From positions 12,160 through 76,159 of the forward strand of contig DYEP01000006.1 in assembly GCA_020725675.1 (NCBI GenBank): a stretch of DNA of 64,000 bases. The letters are read 5' to 3'. The notes under the pieces were generated by a model. That model was not told the DNA's origin. It saw only the letters and a program-made list of their open reading frames with translations, and did not search any database. A program made the translations under genes and the position numbers. The first letter of the stretch is position 1; each line of letters opens with the position of its first letter. The stretch is from Symbiobacterium sp. (lineage in GTDB: Bacteria; Bacillota; Sulfobacillia; DUSP01; DYEP01). Shown here piece after piece: positions 58,945 to 64,000 of this stretch.

Positions 58945-61296
58945 TTACACATCGAGGGTGACAACCGTTATACCGAGATCGCCTTCGCCGTGCGCGCCGG
59001 GCCTGAAGCCAGCAACTCGCGGATGATCGGACAGATAGGCAGAGACCGCTCTTCTCAATGCACCCGTACCTTTTCCATGAACGATGCGCACCTGCCGGAG
59101 ACCGGCCAAGGACGCATCGTCCAAGTATTTATCCAGCAATTCTAGCGCTTCCGCAACGACCATGCCGCGAAGGTGCAGCTCAACAGGCACCTCCCTGGGT
59201 TTCCCCGGAAGAAGCCGCCCGGGTGCAGGTTTCTCCTCAGCCGCCCCGGTGTCCACAATTGCACGCAGGTCAGAAACAGGCACTTCCGCTCTCATTATGC
59301 CTGCCTGAACTGTTGCGCGCATGCCGTCCTGAGATACAGATAGCACACTTCCATTCATGTTCAAACTGGCCACGTATACCCGATCGCCGGGATTCACACG
59401 CTCAAGCGACTGACCTACTCTGTCCACAACTGGAATGGCAGATTCCTCGAGTTCCTGAGCCAGCTTCTGCATACCCTCATGGGCCGCCTTGACGTCAAGG
59501 AACCTCCTTTCCTTTTCCGCCTGCCTGGCTGCCTCAAGAATCCTCCTTGTTTCTTCCTTCGCTCTGTGGACGATAGAACGCGCCTCACCAACTGACTTTT
59601 CCATGAACTCCTTACGTCTTGCCTCAAATCTCTCTAATTCCTTCTCCAGCCTTTGGCGGATCATCTGTGCCTTGTCGCGATCAATTCGTGCCTGCTCGAG
59701 TTCTCGTTCTAACTCGTGCTTGGCCCTGTGAAGATCCCTGATGACCAGTTCCACATTGTTATCATCCTTTCTTGCAAACTCCCTGGCCCGTGTTAAAATG
59801 CCCGCATCCAGTCCGAGCCTGGCGGAGATCTCAAATGCGTTGCTTGACCCTGGAATACCAATGAGCAGCTTGTACGTGGGGGACAGCGTTTCTATATCAA
59901 ACTGTACCGATGCGTTTTCTACGCGTTCCCGCGTGTACGCAAAGGTTTTCAGCTCGCTGGAGTGAGTAGTGGCAATAGTCTTTGCCTTGATCTCTAGCAA
60001 CCGCTCAAGTATGGCCATGGCGAGCGCAGCACCTTCTGTGGGGTCTGTCCCCGCTCCGAGCTCATCCAGGAGTACTAAAGATCTGGATGTTACCTGAGCG
60101 AGTATGGAAATGATATTTGACATGTGGGCTGAAAAAGTGGAAAGGCTCTGCTCGATGCTCTGTTCGTCCCCAATATCACAAAAGACCGAGTCAAACACGC
60201 CTACCATAGAATCAGACGAAGCAGGAATTGGAATACCGCTCTGTGCCATGAGCACAAAAAGACCCGCCGTCTTCAAAGCGACAGTCTTACCGCCGGTATT
60301 TGGGCCGGTAATGACAAGGATGTCAAAATCATCACCGATACGGATATCAACGGGTACCACGTTGCCTGACAGCAGCGGGTGCCTTCCGCCCACTATGTTT
60401 AGGATTGGCATTTCCGAGATAACGGGCGCAACGCCCCGCATATCAGCACCGTACTTTACCCTGGCGAACAGGCAGTCCAATTCTCCGAGAGTCAACACGG
60501 TTTCCTGGAGATTGAAAATCTCTGCATGCACCATCTTGGTAAGCTCTCTGAGTACCTTATCCACTTCTTGTGCTTCAGCAATCTCCATAATCTTGATTTC
60601 ATTGGTCATCTCCACCGCCCGTGCGGGCTCCACAAATAACGTGGCTCCACTCGCGGATACATCATGCACGATACCGGGCACATGACTCTTGTACTCTTGC
60701 TTTACTGGCAGCACATAGCGGTCCGACCGTATGGTAATAATGGGTTCCTGCAGGTAACGGGACACTTCCGAGGAGCGCACCAGTCCCTCCAGGTAGTCCC
60801 TGAGTCTTGACTGTGCAGCACGCTTTCTCCTGCGTATCTGAGATAGCTCGGGACTTGCTCCATCGGCCACTTCGCCTTCTTCCGTAATTGCCCGGGATAC
60901 AGCGGCCTCGATGTCAGAAAATCGGTGAAGCTTCCGTGCGTACGCCGTTATTGCAGGGCAACTGGATGCTTTTTCTTCAAGGTACGCGCGCATGTTTTTC
61001 GCTGCTCTTGCAGTGGACACGATGTTCAAGAACTCTTGAGGAAGGAGCACCCCGCCCCGTTCCACCTTATGCAAGGCGCCGCGAATGTCCCGGATACCTT
61101 CGAAGGGAACCGCAGGGTATCTTTGGAATAGTTGCATGGCCAAAAACAGTTCCTCCCTTCGCCTGCTCACCGTCTCATAGCAGGCACAGGGGGCAAGCCT
61201 CAAAACCAGTTCCTGGCCCATCGGGCTTATGGCGTAGGAGGCAACGTGCTTCAATACTTGTTCAAACTCCAGGGTTGCGAAGGTCTTTTCGTTCAT
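58945..61296 (-). CDS. mutS2: endonuclease MutS2 (MutS domain + C-terminal Smr domain)
   Basis: 783 aa; Walker A GPNTGGKT, long coiled-coil, C-terminal Smr (...LHLRGMVVAEALE...VRIVHGKGTGALR...). Confidence 0.9.
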   Translation of the reverse strand: MNEKTFATLEFEQVLKHVASYAISPMGQELVLRLAPCACYETVSRRREELFLAMQLFQRYPAVPFEGIRDIRGALHKVERGGVLLPQEFLNIVSTARAAKNMRAYLEEKASSCPAITAYARKLHRFSDIEAAVSRAITEEGEVADGASPELSQIRRRKRAAQSRLRDYLEGLVRSSEVSRYLQEPIITIRSDRYVLPVKQEYKSHVPGIVHDVSASGATLFVEPARAVEMTNEIKIMEIAEAQEVDKVLRELTKMVHAEIFNLQETVLTLGELDCLFARVKYGADMRGVAPVISEMPILNIVGGRHPLLSGNVVPVDIRIGDDFDILVITGPNTGGKTVALKTAGLFVLMAQSGIPIPASSDSMVGVFDSVFCDIGDEQSIEQSLSTFSAHMSNIISILAQVTSRSLVLLDELGAGTDPTEGAALAMAILERLLEIKAKTIATTHSSELKTFAYTRERVENASVQFDIETLSPTYKLLIGIPGSSNAFEISARLGLDAGILTRAREFARKDDNNVELVIRDLHRAKHELERELEQARIDRDKAQMIRQRLEKELERFEARRKEFMEKSVGEARSIVHRAKEETRRILEAARQAEKERRFLDVKAAHEGMQKLAQELEESAIPVVDRVGQSLERVNPGDRVYVASLNMNGSVLSVSQDGMRATVQAGIMRAEVPVSDLRAIVDTGAAEEKPAPGRLLPGKPREVPVELHLRGMVVAEALELLDKYLDDASLAGLRQVRIVHGKGTGALRRAVSAYLSDHPRVAGFRPGAHGEGDLGITVVTLDV

Positions 61297-62213
61297 GATG
61301 CCACCTCAATCAGCTGACCCACCAATTGCCTTACGTGAGAAAGATCCAGCGGGCGGGGGACGTCGGGGATCTTTTTCCCGGAAATGACCACCAGGAAGAC
61401 GTCATTTGGGGTGTGGGCCGGCGTAGACAGGTCCTCGAGGTTGCCGTGGTCCGCGGTTATCACCAGGTAGTCCTCGCTCAAGATACCTTCTATGACGATC
61501 GTGAGAAACTGATCGAGGACTGAAAGCACGTAGTGTGCCAGTTTTTCATCCTGCCTGTGGCCGGCAACATCGGTAACGAAGTATTCGAAAACTGTAAACA
61601 GATGTTCCCGCATTACTGAAATCGCTATTTTCCCTGCTTCAACAGGTTGCCTTTCCGGGAAATCAGGTTGTTTGAGTCTAAGCGTCCAGTGGGTTATGTC
61701 GTGATACAACGCTTGGCCCCGGTCGAGATGGGCGAAGCTGCGCAGTGGGATCCCGGCTGCTTTCGCTGCTATGGTCGTTGCAGAAGGCGTGTAGGTACCC
61801 TGTTCCATCCTGGAGAACGCTTCCGGCCTGTATGCGTTCAAGAAGGTGGTCTTTCCTCGCCGCTTCCCGTCATGAAACAGGTTACCACTCTCGATCAGGC
61901 CTGCCAGATGACTGCCCGGATGGCTGTTTTCGTGTCTCCCCAAAATTGCAGCTGCGTTAATGCCACAAAAGATCGAAGTCTGTCCAGTTGCGCTCTGTGG
62001 TATGCCCTCCACCCCTAGTCTTGCATCCAGAGAATACGCAACCGCACGGCTCGTTCTGACTTCACCTGATCGGAAACCCATGCTATCCAGCGGTACCCCA
62101 AGTATTCTGGACAGTGATGGTAGCCCCGCTGAAACTGGGTTTGAGGCGCCCGGTCTGCCCAGCCCGACGCCATCCAACATCAAAAAGAATACACCCACAC
62201 GCACCAGCTCCAA
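61293..62213 (-). CDS. alkaline-phosphatase-superfamily metalloenzyme domain protein (phosphopentomutase/iPGM-like)
   Basis: 306 aa; N-terminal FLMLDGVGLG and ITADHGN metal-site motifs typical of Metalloenzyme (PF01676-like) proteins. Confidence 0.4.
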   Translation of the reverse strand: MELVRVGVFFLMLDGVGLGRPGASNPVSAGLPSLSRILGVPLDSMGFRSGEVRTSRAVAYSLDARLGVEGIPQSATGQTSIFCGINAAAILGRHENSHPGSHLAGLIESGNLFHDGKRRGKTTFLNAYRPEAFSRMEQGTYTPSATTIAAKAAGIPLRSFAHLDRGQALYHDITHWTLRLKQPDFPERQPVEAGKIAISVMREHLFTVFEYFVTDVAGHRQDEKLAHYVLSVLDQFLTIVIEGILSEDYLVITADHGNLEDLSTPAHTPNDVFLVVISGKKIPDVPRPLDLSHVRQLVGQLIEVAS

Positions 62214-62273
62214 TGCAATCTATCGTAAGTACATGATATCATCGGTGCGCTCTCCTGGATATATGGACCTTCC

Positions 62274-63995
62274 CTACTTCTTATGATTGGCGAGGAAGTC
62301 CTGAAGCGTTTCCAGAGGCATTGTGTTTATCACGTCTTCTTTTGTGAGCCATGCCCTCCTTGCATTAAACACTCCGAATTGCATATCGTGCATTGCTGCA
62401 ACGCTGTGGCCGTCGCTGTTGATGGCAATCTTCACTCCCAAAGACGCAGCCATCCGTGCGTGTACGTCGGAGAGGTCGAGGCGGTCCGGGGACGCGTTGA
62501 TCTCAAGCACCGTATTGGTACGTTTAGCCGCCGTTATCACTTCCTCTATGTCCACCTCGTAGGCGTCACGCCGGCCGATCAGCCGCCCGGTGGGGTGTGC
62601 CACAATGTCCACATGCGGATTCTCCATGGCACGTATAATCCTTCTCGTCATAGTTTGCCTGTCCTGCCTGAAAGCGGAGTGGACAGATGCAATTACTACG
62701 TCCAACTCCTCGAGCACTTCGTCCGGGTGGTCCAGGCTCCCGTCGGGCAGTATGTCTACCTCGACTCCGCAAAGCAACCTTACAGATTCCATTTCCTCAT
62801 TGAGCCGGCGAATCCGCTCGCCCTGCGCTTTGAGTCTGGCAGCATCAAGCCCGCGGGCGATCACAAGCGAACGCGAGTGGTCGGTGATGGCAAGATATTC
62901 ATAGCCCCAGCGTACCGCCTGCTCTGCCACCTGTTCGATAGTCCCAAGGCCGTCTGAGTCCCTTGTATGAATGTGAAGATCGCCGCGAATACAGCTAAGC
63001 GAAATCAGTTCAGGTATTTGATCTTTAGCTGCAGCCTCGATTTCCCCCCTGTTTTCACGAAGTTCGGGAGGGATAAACGACAAACCAAGCAGCGAATAAA
63101 GGTCGGCCTCTTCCTCAGTTGGGAACAGGAACCCATCCAGAGACCAAACCCCATATTCGTTGATCTTAAGTCCAAGATCCTTTGCACGTCCCCTAAGACT
63201 TGCGTTGTGCTCTGCAGACCCAGTGAGGTGTAGCAGTGCCGCAGCAAACTCTGAGCGTTTCACCACGCGAAGATCCACACTGATCCCCGCACGGGACTTA
63301 CCAGAAAGCTTTGTGTCCCCCCTCGATGTGACCTCAGCGATCAACGGCAGGCTGGCGAAGTAGTCCATGACGGTTTCTGGGTGGTCCGATGCTACAACCA
63401 GGTCCAGATCCTTTATGGTTTCCCGGCGTCTCCTGAAACTCCCCGCTAATTCTGCCGCTTGTACCGCAGCATGAGCGTTCAGTGCATCGCGAATGTCGTA
63501 CGCCAGAGCAAACACATCAGCAAGGAGAATCCTCCCGGCGTTCTTCTTAAACGCCTCGATCCCTCGCAGGATGGCCGCCTCCTTCTTCTCGCCAAAGCCC
63601 TTGAGGCTTCGCAGCAGGCCAGCTCTGGCCGCGTTTTCCAGCTCTTCAATGCTCTCAAGGTGAAGCTCAGTGAATAGAATGGAAGCGGTTTTCCCGCCTA
63701 TCCCGGGGATAGCAAGAAAATTGAGGACGCCCGGCGGTACCTGCTTTCTCAGTTCCTCCAGGTAGCGGATACTTCCCGTGTCTAACATCTCCCTGATCTT
63801 TGCGCTCAAAGCTGGTCCGACTCCAGGAATGAGCGAGAGCGCATCCTTTCGCGCCAAATCCTCAACGTCGCCGGGGTAGCCTTCGACCCCTCTGGCCGCC
63901 TTCCGGTATGCGTTCACACGGAACGTGTCTGCCCCGAGAATCTCAAGCAGCGCCGCTATTTCTTCCAGCGCATAGGCCACATCAAAATTCTTCAA
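62274..63995 (-). CDS. polX: family X DNA polymerase/3'-5' exonuclease PolX (Pol beta-like + PHP domain)
   Basis: 573 aa; N-terminal HhH/lyase region (AYRKAA, IPGVGPALSAKI, GIGGKTA), nucleotidyltransferase DLD motif, C-terminal PHP phosphoesterase (DLHIHT...DH). Confidence 0.85.
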   Translation of the reverse strand: MKNFDVAYALEEIAALLEILGADTFRVNAYRKAARGVEGYPGDVEDLARKDALSLIPGVGPALSAKIREMLDTGSIRYLEELRKQVPPGVLNFLAIPGIGGKTASILFTELHLESIEELENAARAGLLRSLKGFGEKKEAAILRGIEAFKKNAGRILLADVFALAYDIRDALNAHAAVQAAELAGSFRRRRETIKDLDLVVASDHPETVMDYFASLPLIAEVTSRGDTKLSGKSRAGISVDLRVVKRSEFAAALLHLTGSAEHNASLRGRAKDLGLKINEYGVWSLDGFLFPTEEEADLYSLLGLSFIPPELRENRGEIEAAAKDQIPELISLSCIRGDLHIHTRDSDGLGTIEQVAEQAVRWGYEYLAITDHSRSLVIARGLDAARLKAQGERIRRLNEEMESVRLLCGVEVDILPDGSLDHPDEVLEELDVVIASVHSAFRQDRQTMTRRIIRAMENPHVDIVAHPTGRLIGRRDAYEVDIEEVITAAKRTNTVLEINASPDRLDLSDVHARMAASLGVKIAINSDGHSVAAMHDMQFGVFNARRAWLTKEDVINTMPLETLQDFLANHKK

Positions 63996-64000
63996 AAAGA

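Overview
This is a 64 kb chromosomal segment from a GC-rich (~58%) Gram-positive genome that looks like an endospore-forming Firmicute. The sporulation evidence is SpoVD/PBP2B, YunB, SigI/RsgI, and a BofC-like protein. Almost every gene lies on the minus strand, with no rRNA, tRNA, CRISPR array or transposase/integrase recognisable. Reading from high to low coordinates:

- **1-13533, dcw cluster.** A complete division/cell-wall cluster runs mraZ-rsmH-ftsL-pbp2B-murE-murF-mraY-ftsW-murG-murC-murB-murA. MurA is truncated by the window edge, and murD is absent between mraY and ftsW.
- **13.5-15.5 kb, pheA region.** pheA (prephenate dehydratase) is flanked by two tiny CxxC zinc-ribbon ORFs and a strongly structured non-coding-like stretch.
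- **15.6-26.4 kb, glutamate-to-propionate block.** A tightly packed metabolic block encodes a GntR-family regulator, a four-subunit 2-oxoglutarate:ferredoxin oxidoreductase (korDABC), and glutamate dehydrogenase. It continues with the methylmalonyl-CoA mutase catalytic subunit, methylmalonyl-CoA epimerase, and a four-subunit Na+-pumping methylmalonyl-CoA decarboxylase. Together this is a full glutamate to 2-oxoglutarate to succinyl-CoA to methylmalonyl-CoA to propionyl-CoA route.
- **26.6-36 kb, housekeeping.** This stretch holds a cell-wall amidase, yajC-tgt-queA plus queH, a sigI-rsgI pair, and an orphan Dam-type methyltransferase. It ends with ruvCAB.
- **36.2-42 kb, sulfur-relay / Ub-like module.** An operon ends with nadE-JAMM-tusA-moeB and begins with an MRB1590-like ABC-class ATPase and an RseC-like protein. 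No ThiS/MoaD-type carrier ORF is present.
- **45-53.1 kb, catabolic island.** This island encodes a MurR regulator, a class-III aminotransferase, a TAXI-TRAP transporter with DUF1850, a thiolase and a family-III CoA-transferase. Its leader region is AT-rich and carries palindromes.
- **53.4-64 kb.** The remaining genes are an M23 peptidase, an ADP-ribosylglycohydrolase, tyrS with an sigma-A promoter and no T-box, and class-A PBP1A with an sigma-A promoter. The window ends with mutS2, an alkaline-phosphatase-superfamily metalloenzyme and polX.

Several ORF-track N-termini appear over-extended, and the corrected starts are given in the features. All calls are from sequence inspection and family knowledge only. 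No searches were run.
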